Positions 8,728 through 17,635 of a stretch of 64,000 nucleotides of DNA are shown here, piece after piece. The DNA comes from a virus (Duplodnaviria > Caudoviricetes). The position numbers and the translations under genes are program-made. Every line of letters begins with the position of its first letter. The stretch's first letter is position 1. The stretch lies in IMG/VR virus record IMGVR_UViG_3300005614_001084, positions 108,311-172,310 of that record; one strand, 5' to 3'. Under the pieces are notes generated by a model, which had not been told where the DNA came from, did no database searches, and worked only from the letters and a program-made list of their open reading frames with translations.

Positions 8728-9408
8728 TCAGTCCCTACATCGATCGGCCGTGTAGACCTGAACCCTACTCCCACCTGTCCCTGTCATCATGACCGGTCGG
8801 TAGCACCGAACCGCATCCTGATCGAGAGCGTAGAAGTGATTGTTCAGTAGCACGAAGCCGTCGTCTACCACCGAGGCGATCACCCGCGGCATCGGAATGC
8901 CTCGATGCGGGTTACCGTCGTCTGTCGAGCCCCAGTTCATCGCACCGGGCAACGGGTCGCGTAGCGCGCCGGTCTCGAACAGCGTGACGGTCTCTCTCGC
9001 ATAGTCCCAGTCGTCGACCCAGTTCCTCCAATCCGTCTGCTCGGGATCCATGCCGGGGTTGGTCTCCATCGTTCCCCACGGCAACGCACGCACCCAAGTC
9101 TGGTGCGGCGAAGGGGACGACGTGCGGTGCACGGCACAATAGTCTCGAATCTGATCTTCGAAACTGTAGGTGGAACCGGGATGCATCCGCAGATACCGGC
9201 GCCACCTTCGCAAGAGCACGTAGGCCATGGCTGCGTGCTCGGTCCGGTTCCTCCACCGATTCTCCGCCACGTAGCACTGCCCGAGCGCGAGCCGCGTGGA
9301 GTCGTTCCACGAGATGCTGGGCTCCGTACTGGCCTGTGCCTGGGCCTCCACGAGCCCGCTGCAAGCCAGCACGCTTCCCACGATCAAGAACCCTAGGATC
9401 AATCTCAT
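8728..9408 (-). CDS. Secreted SleB/hydrolase_2-like cell-wall lytic enzyme
   Basis: Signal/lipobox LAC; LALGQCYVAE..AAMAYVLLRR and DPLPGA resemble SleB catalytic and DPTxGA motifs. Confidence 0.6.
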   Translation of the reverse strand: MRLILGFLIVGSVLACSGLVEAQAQASTEPSISWNDSTRLALGQCYVAENRWRNRTEHAAMAYVLLRRWRRYLRMHPGSTYSFEDQIRDYCAVHRTSSPSPHQTWVRALPWGTMETNPGMDPEQTDWRNWVDDWDYARETVTLFETGALRDPLPGAMNWGSTDDGNPHRGIPMPRVIASVVDDGFVLLNNHFYALDQDAVRCYRPVMMTGTGGSRVQVYTADRCRD

Positions 9409-9526
9409 CACCACTCTCCTTTTTCGATCTCAGCACCAATGCTGGGAACGCATGACGCCGTGAGGCATCGGAAGATGGGCACACCTTCCTATGCCATCTG
9501 GATCCGTTTGTCCAGCCTACGGACGA

Positions 9527-10141
9527 TCAGTGTGTCCGCAAAGACACACCGGCGAGATTCTTTACGGGACGATGCCAGATCGTCTTTCCGTACTTCTCGA
9601 TCGCTGCTTGATGCTCTGGAGTTCCGTAACCGGCGTTCAAGATCCACAGATATTCGGGATACAGAACACTCAGTTCAGCCATGCGATCGTTCCGCAAGGT
9701 CTTCGCCACGATGCTGGCCGCGCTCACCGCCGGAACGGTGGCATCAGCCTTCACCTGAAACTGTACTCGAACACCGGCCCGAAGAAGCTGATCCTTCAGA
9801 GTCAGATCGACGTTGCCGTCTACGATGACTTCGGATTCCGCCCCAGACGGGAGTGCGCTCACCACGTGGATGATCGACGTGTACGCTGCTCGCCTCCACG
9901 CCTCTTTTTGCCCATGGCTCTTGATGTCCTGCACCTCGGCGAAGGCGCAGAACCCAACCACCGCTACCTCCACGATCTCATCCACCAGCTTGCGCCGCCG
10001 GTCGTCGGATAGAACCTTGGAGTCCTTCACGCCCCGCTGCCGAAGCTGCGCCTGGTCCTCGGCGTAAAGCGCCAGCGCGCACACCGTGAAGGGACCTGCC
10101 CAGGCTCCGGTGCCTGACTCATCTACGCCGATGACGATCAT
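9527..10141 (-). CDS. rnhB: Ribonuclease HII
   Basis: GVDESGTGAWAGP, DSK, VDG, KAD..SAASIVAK..R, GYGT..H. Confidence 0.95.
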   Translation of the reverse strand: MIVIGVDESGTGAWAGPFTVCALALYAEDQAQLRQRGVKDSKVLSDDRRRKLVDEIVEVAVVGFCAFAEVQDIKSHGQKEAWRRAAYTSIIHVVSALPSGAESEVIVDGNVDLTLKDQLLRAGVRVQFQVKADATVPAVSAASIVAKTLRNDRMAELSVLYPEYLWILNAGYGTPEHQAAIEKYGKTIWHRPVKNLAGVSLRTH

Positions 10142-10557
10142 CGGTGATCCGGGATCTCGACCGAGTACACCGACCAGAGGTCGAGCACCGCGTGTGACTT
10201 GATGTCGTCGCGCGGCTTGCCGACCCTGTACGGCAGAGCATGACCGAGGTTGGGCGCGATGAGCTGAACCTGCGGAAGCCTGGAGCAGGCATAGGGGTCG
10301 AGGATGCAGGGCGTGCTGTCATCGTCCTGGATCACCAACCACGAGTGTTCGACCGGCCCGTAGTGACCGTCGTAGACCATCACGGTTAGGTGCGGCTCCG
10401 CACGTTCGAGAGCGCGCCGGGCCAGGCGCGCGATCTCGTGGCAGCGGATAGGCTCCTTGTCAACCAGATCGGGAAGAAGCTCAACGAGCCTCGCCACCAC
10501 TCTCATCGACCGGATATACGACAGGGGAAAGATCCGGCTCTCGCTGTAGCTCTGCAT
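10138..10557 (-). CDS. Hypothetical protein (transglutaminase-like C..H..D pattern)
   Basis: RCHE...EHSWL...ILDPY. Confidence 0.55.
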   Translation of the reverse strand: MQSYSESRIFPLSYIRSMRVVARLVELLPDLVDKEPIRCHEIARLARRALERAEPHLTVMVYDGHYGPVEHSWLVIQDDDSTPCILDPYACSRLPQVQLIAPNLGHALPYRVGKPRDDIKSHAVLDLWSVYSVEIPDHR

Positions 10558-10912
10558 GATGAACTCCGTGTAGGTACCAGCCGGCCGCCACACCGGCGTC
10601 GAAGATCGCGAAGGCGAGGACAAGAGTGGCGTAGCGTTTCAATCGCCTGACGTCGTGCTTGAAGCGGAACTCGATGTTCCGTGCTCGGTACCAGCGACGC
10701 CACCACTCACGGGTGAAACGTCGCGGCGGCAGCTCGATGAACCGCTGGTACGCGAAGTGTTGTTCGATCTTGGCCATCGTCACGTTCATGGCCGCAATGT
10801 CTGCGGGCGTCCACGCGCGCACGGGCCCAGGGTAGCGATAGAACTGGGCGATGAACTCGTCCAGCTCAGCCTGTTCGATCTCCGTATCCACGATCGGGGT
10901 CGTAGGGTTCAC
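10481..10912 (-). CDS. Hypothetical membrane protein
   Basis: One hydrophobic segment. Confidence 0.55.
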   Translation of the reverse strand: MNPTTPIVDTEIEQAELDEFIAQFYRYPGPVRAWTPADIAAMNVTMAKIEQHFAYQRFIELPPRRFTREWWRRWYRARNIEFRFKHDVRRLKRYATLVLAFAIFDAGVAAGWYLHGVHHAELQREPDLSPVVYPVDESGGEAR

Positions 10913-11516
10913 GTTGCACCTTCGGCAGCGTAGCTGCCTCCTTCATCATGGACACGAACCAGTGCGCCTGGATGCGCGCATCCTCGATCGCTATGTGTGG
11001 AAGATCGGTGTTCTGCTTCGGAAACCACTCCTTGGGCGAGCGCGAGCGCGAGGAGTCCGGGTAGTCGCGCCCGAGCAGCATCATGCTCATCGTAGGCAGG
11101 TCGACTCCGCCGAGTCCGGCTTTGTTCTGCTCCGCCCACGCCGACCACTTCGCCCCGGCGAAGTCCATGAGGTAGCTGCGCAGGATCGGCATGTCGTACG
11201 CCACGGGGTTGGCGACGAAGGCGATACGCTCGCCTTCGGCCGTGAAGTGCAGGATCCAATCCATGATCGCGTTCATACCCCACCACGGATGCACGGGGTT
11301 GACGCGGCAGGCCTCGAAGACCTCCTTCGGCTGCGAATCCCACCACTGCCTGTAGTCGGGCTCCCAGATCCGCTTCTCCGGGATCCAGAGGTTGAAGCTC
11401 AGCTCACCCGCGCTCTCCCAGACACCGGAGCGGATGGCGACGGCGCCGAAGCTCAGCATCGGAGCGGTATCGGGCCTGCGCCCGCCGGTCTCCAGATCGA
11501 AGTTGAGATAGATCAT
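10866..11516 (-). CDS. DEDDh 3'-5' exonuclease (RNase AS/DnaQ-like)
   Basis: FDLETGG, VAYD, HIAIEDA. Confidence 0.85.
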   Translation of the reverse strand: MIYLNFDLETGGRRPDTAPMLSFGAVAIRSGVWESAGELSFNLWIPEKRIWEPDYRQWWDSQPKEVFEACRVNPVHPWWGMNAIMDWILHFTAEGERIAFVANPVAYDMPILRSYLMDFAGAKWSAWAEQNKAGLGGVDLPTMSMMLLGRDYPDSSRSRSPKEWFPKQNTDLPHIAIEDARIQAHWFVSMMKEAATLPKVQREPYDPDRGYGDRTG

Positions 11517-11746
11517 GTCGAGGCCTCCCGATACTTCGCATGCGCAAGATCAGCATGATGCTTACGCCAGTCAGTCGGATCTTCTCCGGCTTTCCACGCC
11601 CGGCGCAGCTCACGTTGCGGGTCGTACGGATACGAGTAGCCGTAGGCGAACACGTACCCTGGAGTGGTGGGCTCCACGCCTGCCGCGTACGCCCACTCTT
11701 CCCAGGTCAGCCCCTCGACGTTGGTTCTAGAAGCGCTTGTTCCCAT
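11513..11746 (-). CDS. Hypothetical protein
   Basis: Small coupled ORF. Confidence 0.55.
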   Translation of the reverse strand: MGTSASRTNVEGLTWEEWAYAAGVEPTTPGYVFAYGYSYPYDPQRELRRAWKAGEDPTDWRKHHADLAHAKYREAST

Positions 11747-12278
11747 GACGGTAGGACCTCGTCTCGTTGAAGGTGTGCTTCATGCGCGTCAGCTCTCGTA
11801 CGTCGTAGCCCATGGCGTACAACAGATCACAAGCGCGGATGACTGCGTCGATGACCTCGATACCGAAGCCAAGCGGCTTCGACTTGCGGCACAGCGCCAC
11901 CACCAGGGCGCCCCGCAACGCCCAACGCTCGATGCTGGTGGGATCGGAAGCGTCGCCTTGAAGCCCGAGATACGCGATGAGGCTGGACAGCTTCTCGTTC
12001 GCGTTCTCGGACTTCAGGTACGCGGCGTCGAGCAGCGCCTCCAACTCTTTGAGGTGAAGGGTGCCCCACCCCTCCAGCTCCCACCTCGTGTCCCACCGGT
12101 TGTAGCAAGCTTCCGCAGTAGCTTCGCCGATCTCCGTGACGATCATCAGAAGCTTGGTCGGCACCACCGCCTTCACAAGCTCGACGCGCAAGATGCCGTC
12201 GATGATCTCGTCTTTCCACCACCCCTTGTCCACCGCGACTCGATGGATCTCCTTCGACCAGTCCGTGATCTGATTCAT
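11727..12278 (-). CDS. MazG-like NTP pyrophosphohydrolase
   Basis: LMIVTEIGEATAE...KPLGFGIEVIDAVIRACD...KHTFNETRSYRHG. Confidence 0.8.
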   Translation of the reverse strand: MNQITDWSKEIHRVAVDKGWWKDEIIDGILRVELVKAVVPTKLLMIVTEIGEATAEACYNRWDTRWELEGWGTLHLKELEALLDAAYLKSENANEKLSSLIAYLGLQGDASDPTSIERWALRGALVVALCRKSKPLGFGIEVIDAVIRACDLLYAMGYDVRELTRMKHTFNETRSYRHGNKRF

Positions 12279-12682
12279 ACCGCCTCCATCAACGCCGCGA
12301 CGACACGGCGGAAGTCGTTCTCGTTGTCGAGGCAGCAGCTCTCCACCGAGTAGAGCGCGCGCTCGATCCTCGCCTTCTTCTCTTCCGTGGCTTTCCCGGT
12401 GAGCGGGTCCTGATCACCCAGAACCTCGACGAGTCCGACCGTCCCGTCCGGCTCCACGCGAAGCGTGGCGTCGGGGTTGTTGTCGTAGTTCTCGGACGGC
12501 TCGACGGCGATGTCGATGTGCGTGGGCTGAGCCTCGGTGTCGATGCTCCACGTCGGGACCTCACACGCCACGGCGTGGATGTCGCCGAGCCTCTCCTTCA
12601 CCGTCTCGTGGTCCGGTGCCTGCACATCCAGGATGATCTCTTCCTTGATGTAGTGGGACAGGGTGACGCGAAAGCTGCTCAT
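12275..12682 (-). CDS. Hypothetical protein
   Basis: GAGGAGG SD, coupled. Confidence 0.7.
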   Translation of the reverse strand: MSSFRVTLSHYIKEEIILDVQAPDHETVKERLGDIHAVACEVPTWSIDTEAQPTHIDIAVEPSENYDNNPDATLRVEPDGTVGLVEVLGDQDPLTGKATEEKKARIERALYSVESCCLDNENDFRRVVAALMEAV

Positions 12683-13236
12683 GGTTCCTCCTCGAACAGA
12701 TTGATCAAACGATGTGCCGCCGCATCACCACGGGGCGACTTCGGGAAGATGTCGAAGAACTCTCGACACCAGCGCTCGGCCCGGACTGCCTGGGGCGTAC
12801 GTCGATTGCTGATCGGATCGAGCAGCCCGATACGACCGTCGTTCGGCGTCTCGAACCCGTACCCAGCGATCTCCAAGGAGTGCCAGAAATCATCAACTAC
12901 GATGTCTACACCGAGGCGGCGCAGTACTTCAATCGTGACCGCGAAGGTCTCGACCTCGTTCAGCTTCTGGTGGTACTCGGGCGTGCGCTGCATCAGAGCG
13001 GTGAGCTTCTCCATGCAGTCGTGGTCGTGAACGTCGATCCCGAGCAGCGTGCAGTGCGCCAGCTCGTGAATGATGTGCTCGACATCCATGAGGCGGAAGT
13101 CCTCCATGGCGACCAGCCCGTCGTCTCCCAGAAGCGCGATCCCCCTGGGCTCGGCAAACGGCGCGATCTTATCGTGCAGGCGCTGAATCTTCTCTTCGTG
13201 TAGACGCTTGATCTCCTCAACTTCCTCTTCAATCAC
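12679..13236 (-). CDS. Zincin-like metallopeptidase (HExxH...E; IrrE/ImmA-like)
   Basis: IIHELAH...NEVETFAV. Confidence 0.6.
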   Translation of the reverse strand: MIEEEVEEIKRLHEEKIQRLHDKIAPFAEPRGIALLGDDGLVAMEDFRLMDVEHIIHELAHCTLLGIDVHDHDCMEKLTALMQRTPEYHQKLNEVETFAVTIEVLRRLGVDIVVDDFWHSLEIAGYGFETPNDGRIGLLDPISNRRTPQAVRAERWCREFFDIFPKSPRGDAAAHRLINLFEEEP

Positions 13237-13264
13237 AAGGCCTCCTCTGGCTGATAGGCAAAGA

Positions 13265-13286
13265 GCACGGGTGGATCACCCGTGCC
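13265..13286 (-). terminator. Intrinsic terminator
   Basis: GCACGGGTG/CACCCGTGC hairpin then TCTTT. Confidence 0.65.
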
Positions 13287-13304
13287 CCACCTACATCCTG
13301 ATCT

Positions 13305-14342
13305 TCACCAGTTGACGGTGTAGGCCAGGACGCCGGTAGAGGAGTAGCACCGCAGGGTGCTGCCGCTGATGCAGAGACCACGGGCGGTCCAGTCGGTAGC
13401 GCTGCCGATCGGCCACGCCACAGCGTGATCGTGGAAGGCGCCATCGTCCGGAATCACGACATCACCAGGGCTTGGGCCCACGGTGGCGTCGCCGCAGTAG
13501 GTGCCCGACGAGTTGTGCGAACAGCTCATCGAGAAGCCGAGGATGTAGTGATCGCCAACCGGGCGTTCGAGCCCGAAGGCGCCGCCGGTGTCGTGGACGC
13601 AGGAGGCGCGGTGGCCATCGCTGTGGCAGGTTGCCGGAGGATTGAGATCGTAGGCTTCATCACCTACGGCACCGGCCCCGGTTTCACGCGGGAAGGTAGC
13701 GCTCACGGCGATCGGCTGCGTGAGGCCAGCGCCCCAGCGGGTGACCGAGCCGCCGTCAGTCCAGCACACCATCTCGCCCGCCGCACTGAGCCCACAACCC
13801 CGATCGAGGTCGCTGTACTCCGCGATGCTGTCGAGTATCAGCGTGCTGCTGCCATCGATCACCGCCACCATAGACGGCGTGTGGAACTCCGCGCACCACA
13901 CCTCGTGGCCCCGGAGCGCGCAGGAGCCCGAGGCCGAGGCGAAGCCCGTCCCGAGCCGGCGGACGTCCTGGACCGGCGCCCAGCGCCCCCAGCACCACAT
14001 CGTGCCGGCGCGGTCTAGCGCGCAGCGGCTGCCCGTGACGTCGACCGCTTCGCCTTCGGGGCGCGGCGGGCCGGCGTCGGCTTGGGCGTCCCGCCCTCCA
14101 TCAGCTCCAACGTCACCAACGCTCGATCCAGCGTCCGCTGCGTCGGGTGGTAGTCCTGCATCAGCGCCGGGGTCTCCAGCGTCGGTGCCGGCGTCTTCTT
14201 GTGGCGCTTGCCACGCGTCTGCTTGGACTTGGCCATCACTCTCCATCCAGGCGTCGCCCATGACGCCTGCATCGGTCTGCGGTTGAAGATTCATCTGCTC
14301 GGAACACCCGAGCAGGAGTAACGCGATCGTGAGTTGCTTCAT
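13305..14342 (-). CDS. Lipoprotein with DAG-repeat linker and RCC1-like beta-propeller repeats (myxobacterial style)
   Basis: LLLLGC lipobox; many DAG/DAW repeats; CALDRAGTMWCWG, CGLSAAGEMVCW repeats. Confidence 0.75.
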   Translation of the reverse strand: MKQLTIALLLLGCSEQMNLQPQTDAGVMGDAWMESDGQVQADAWQAPQEDAGTDAGDPGADAGLPPDAADAGSSVGDVGADGGRDAQADAGPPRPEGEAVDVTGSRCALDRAGTMWCWGRWAPVQDVRRLGTGFASASGSCALRGHEVWCAEFHTPSMVAVIDGSSTLILDSIAEYSDLDRGCGLSAAGEMVCWTDGGSVTRWGAGLTQPIAVSATFPRETGAGAVGDEAYDLNPPATCHSDGHRASCVHDTGGAFGLERPVGDHYILGFSMSCSHNSSGTYCGDATVGPSPGDVVIPDDGAFHDHAVAWPIGSATDWTARGLCISGSTLRCYSSTGVLAYTVNW

Positions 14343-14388
14343 GGGTTCCTCCTTCGATCGCTTATAGCCGGAATCCGGCCCTTCTTGA

Positions 14389-14628
14389 CTACCGCAGCAG
14401 ATCAACGCGATCAATGATCACGATGTCGGTGTGCGGCCTGTGAGAAATGGTGCGGCCGACGGGCGGCAGTTGCTGCGTGGTCCAGACGACCACGCGATAC
14501 TTCTTCGCCAGCTCCTTGAGATCAGAGGCGAGTGACTTCATCTCCGCGTAGTCTCTCACGCCAGCACCTGAAGCGCTTCCTGAAGCGTAACACCCTTCGG
14601 TAGCGGGTCTGTGATCTTGCGCCGACAC
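14389..14628 (-). CDS. Mini-protein resembling a DnaB helicase C-terminal fragment
   Basis: LKELAKKYRVVVWTTQQ and DIVIIDRVDLL. Confidence 0.45.
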   Translation of the reverse strand: MSAQDHRPATEGCYASGSASGAGVRDYAEMKSLASDLKELAKKYRVVVWTTQQLPPVGRTISHRPHTDIVIIDRVDLLR

Positions 14629-15074
14629 TTCTCGATGGCCCTCCGACGCTTGCGGCTGTCGATGACCTCCGTCTTCGAGGTCTCGGCACGGTAGGCGAAG
14701 AGCAGCATGATGAGCTTCTGGCCCACCTTGTTGATCTTCTCCACCACGGCCTCACGGCGACTCTGCGTCACTCCGATGTAGCCCGGGCTCACGACGAAGT
14801 CGGTGAGATCGGTACGCACGAACTCCATGAAGTCGGCCGGGACCGAGTTCTTCGGCGGCTTCGGGTTGCTGCTCTTCGGATGCTTCTTCTCGAAGAACTC
14901 CGTCATCGCTGCGGCAAGCCGGATCTCCATCGAGGCGTAATCGATATCGACGTTGTGGTCCCGCTCGGCGGCACGAAAGATCTCCTGAACTGCCCGACCC
15001 TCCTCCGTACGAAGAGGGAGGCGCTGAAGTGCCGGCCCGTCGACCACAACGAGCCCGGAAGGACTTTCACTCAT
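14556..15074 (-). CDS. Hypothetical protein
   Basis: ATG 15074 coupled to upstream stop; contains DYASMEIRLAA. Confidence 0.6.
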   Translation of the reverse strand: MSESPSGLVVVDGPALQRLPLRTEEGRAVQEIFRAAERDHNVDIDYASMEIRLAAAMTEFFEKKHPKSSNPKPPKNSVPADFMEFVRTDLTDFVVSPGYIGVTQSRREAVVEKINKVGQKLIMLLFAYRAETSKTEVIDSRKRRRAIEKCRRKITDPLPKGVTLQEALQVLA

Positions 15075-15532
15075 GTCTCGTCTCCTGGAATCCACGACGT
15101 AGCTCCGCTTCTTCGTACCACCAGCACCGGTAGCTGGAGCATCTTCACCACCGGCGCAAGCCGAGGATCTGCCTCGGTCCAGGGTCGCTCGATCTTCTCT
15201 TCTTCTGTAGGCTCGGGAGGGAAGGCCACCACCAACGAGACGCCCTCCAACATCTCGGCGTCCCGTAGCGCGCGACCCTGCTCGTCGTTGCCCTCTGCCG
15301 GATAGACCACGCACGCCAGTCCGATCAGCTTAGCCACCTCGGACATTACGAAGTCGAAGCCTCGCGGATCCGAATGTACCGGCATGAACATCGCGGTGTC
15401 CCGCATGATCTCCATGACGACGCAGGCAGTGTCCCAGTCCGAGAACCAGGTGCGGCTCACTGATCCGATGAACGCAACCCTTACGGGCCCGCTCTTCGCC
15501 TGCGTCGCCAGGTAAAGCAGCGCCTCCTTCAT
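15071..15532 (-). CDS. Divergent SLOG (YspA/DUF2493-like) protein
   Basis: VAFIGS...GRALRDAEML..VVAFP. Confidence 0.5.
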   Translation of the reverse strand: MKEALLYLATQAKSGPVRVAFIGSVSRTWFSDWDTACVVMEIMRDTAMFMPVHSDPRGFDFVMSEVAKLIGLACVVYPAEGNDEQGRALRDAEMLEGVSLVVAFPPEPTEEEKIERPWTEADPRLAPVVKMLQLPVLVVRRSGATSWIPGDET

Positions 15533-15533
15533 C

Positions 15534-15938
15534 TCACGCCGCGTGATGAAGGTACTGGTCGATCACGTTGTACAGCACGCCGAGGTCGGCGCCGTCGCCG
15601 TCCAACGCCTTGCCGATGGCGACCTTGGTACGCTGAAGCAGCTCGCGCGGGTCGTTCGGGTCGTGAATGCCGATCTCGTCGGCATCGATGCGCCGACGCT
15701 GCTCCACGATCCAGTCCTTCAGGAAGGAGTGGTCGGTCTTCTTGTAGATCAGGCGCGCGTGAGCCGACTTACGCCAGCTCTGATACTCCTTGCTGGTGAG
15801 AAGCCGGTTCAGGCCCCGATCGAAGTGGGTCTTCTCAGCGAGCTGGCGTTCGATGTTCCAGATGTCCTTCTCCAGCTCACGCTTCCAGCGCAGAGCTTGA
15901 GACAGGCTCGGGGGACTTCGGTAGTTCGGGTCGTTCAC
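15534..15938 (-). CDS. Hypothetical protein
   Basis: GAGGAG SD. Confidence 0.7.
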   Translation of the reverse strand: MNDPNYRSPPSLSQALRWKRELEKDIWNIERQLAEKTHFDRGLNRLLTSKEYQSWRKSAHARLIYKKTDHSFLKDWIVEQRRRIDADEIGIHDPNDPRELLQRTKVAIGKALDGDGADLGVLYNVIDQYLHHAA

Positions 15939-15950
15939 GATTCTCTCCTC

Positions 15951-16304
15951 TCACACACGATAGACGAATACGAGCAGTCCGTGTGCACGAGCTTGCTCGA
16001 TCATGTTTCTGGTTCCTCCGCTATCACCGTCCCACACCGCGATGAGGGCCTCAGCGTAGCGCGCCATGCGGCCGTTGCGCTTGTGGCCTGCGCCGTACGG
16101 ATCCTTCTTCCACTCGTAGTCGGGCACGCTGAAGTCCGGACCGAGCCGGACCTTGTTGAGCAGCGCCCACTCCTCGCCCAACGAATCGACACCGCGGGCA
16201 CCTCCGCTCACCACCTCAGTGATGTGGTAGCCAGAGGCTGCGATCGCTGCTTCTACGTGAGCCATGTCCTTAATGTCGCGGCTACCCGCGATGATGACTC
16301 TCAC
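15951..16304 (-). CDS. SLOG family protein (YspA/DUF2493-like)
   Basis: IIAGSR, VSGGARGVD, AGHKRNGRMA, WDGDSGGT. Confidence 0.85.
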   Translation of the reverse strand: MRVIIAGSRDIKDMAHVEAAIAASGYHITEVVSGGARGVDSLGEEWALLNKVRLGPDFSVPDYEWKKDPYGAGHKRNGRMARYAEALIAVWDGDSGGTRNMIEQARAHGLLVFVYRV

Positions 16305-16408
16305 AGAAAGCGATCCTCGTCCGGGTTGTAGGGACGGCTCGGGTCCCAGTTCCACACGATGTAAACCCCGACCCCGACGATGATCACGAAAAGCACGATC
16401 TTATCCAT
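16301..16408 (-). CDS. 35-aa membrane peptide
   Basis: GGGAGGG SD, MDKIVLFVIIVGVGVYIVW...; below ORF-track cutoff. Confidence 0.6.
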   Translation of the reverse strand: MDKIVLFVIIVGVGVYIVWNWDPSRPYNPDEDRFL

Positions 16409-16417
16409 GTGCCCTCC

Positions 16418-17635
16418 CTACTTGAGCTGAAGCCGATCTGCCAGAGTAGTCATCCTCCGGCGCGGCTCGTCGTTACTGAGCGCCGCGCTCAGCCCTTCAT
16501 TGTTGCCCACGATCACGACACCCTTCTTCGCTCGGGTGACCGCGGTGTACAGAAGCTGCTGGCTCCACATGTAGTCGTGCATGCCGTGGCACACCACGAC
16601 CACCCAGTCCCACTCCGAGCCCTGCGCCTTGTGCACCGTGAGCGCATAGGCGAGGCGGAGGGTCTTCGCCGACTCTCGATCGTACTCCACGTGACGACCG
16701 TCGAAGTCGATGCTGAGACGCCCACGCTCGTTGTCGACGTCGGTGACTACCCCGATCTCGCCGTTGAAGACGAAACGGTCGTAGTCGTTCTCCGTCGCCA
16801 GGACGCGGTCTTTCGCCCGAAGCTGATACGTCGTGCCGTTGCCCGTACGAACGCGCCACTGCGCGTCGTGCCTACCATCTATGGGATTGATCTTGGACTG
16901 AAGGTAGTTGTTGAGCGTCTCGATACCGAGGCTGCCGCCGTTCTGCGGCGCAAGCACCTGGATGTTCGTCACGCCGGCAGCCGGCATCTTCTCGGTCACC
17001 AGCTTCACCACGTTGTTCGCAAGAACCTCGGCATCATCGATCTGGTAGTACCTGAAGTCCTCCGCCGGCGTGTGAATATCGAGATCGCCGTTCAGAATGT
17101 AGGGTGCGTTGCGGCACACCCAAGACTTCAGCGCCGAGCGATGCACGGTCTTGAGCCGGATGGTGGGCAGGCGGTCGCTGTTGAGCAGATCGTAGAACAC
17201 CTGTCCCGGTCCCACGCTGGGGAGCTGGTCCGCATCTCCGATGAAGAAGACGCGCGTTCGCATCACGTTCACTGCGGCAAGCAGGGACTCACACGTCTCC
17301 GCATCCAGCATCGAGGCTTCATCGCACACCACGATCTCGTGGCTCAAGGGGTTCGTTTCGTTGAAGTCGAACTGCCACACGCCGCCTCGCGGCTTGCCGC
17401 CGAGGAGGCGGTGCACGGTGAACGCCTCGTGCTCCGTGACTTCAGCGATCCGCTTCGCCGCCTTCCCCGTTGGTGCGCACAGGGCCACCCTCCAGCGACT
17501 CTGCACTCGATCCAGGAAGCTCCCAAGGATCGTCGACTTCCCGGTGCCCGGTCCTCCGGTCACTGCTCCGACCCGCTTGGTCAGCATCATCTGCACTGCC
17601 AGCTCCTGATCGGGATCCAGGATGAGGTTCGACAT
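16418..17635 (-). CDS. recD2: RecD2-like SF1B helicase, C-terminal ATPase half
   Basis: GGPGTGKST, APTGKAA, DEASM, GDADQLPSVGPG, AYALTVHKAQGSE, LYTAVTRAK. Confidence 0.92.
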   Translation of the reverse strand: MSNLILDPDQELAVQMMLTKRVGAVTGGPGTGKSTILGSFLDRVQSRWRVALCAPTGKAAKRIAEVTEHEAFTVHRLLGGKPRGGVWQFDFNETNPLSHEIVVCDEASMLDAETCESLLAAVNVMRTRVFFIGDADQLPSVGPGQVFYDLLNSDRLPTIRLKTVHRSALKSWVCRNAPYILNGDLDIHTPAEDFRYYQIDDAEVLANNVVKLVTEKMPAAGVTNIQVLAPQNGGSLGIETLNNYLQSKINPIDGRHDAQWRVRTGNGTTYQLRAKDRVLATENDYDRFVFNGEIGVVTDVDNERGRLSIDFDGRHVEYDRESAKTLRLAYALTVHKAQGSEWDWVVVVCHGMHDYMWSQQLLYTAVTRAKKGVVIVGNNEGLSAALSNDEPRRRMTTLADRLQLK

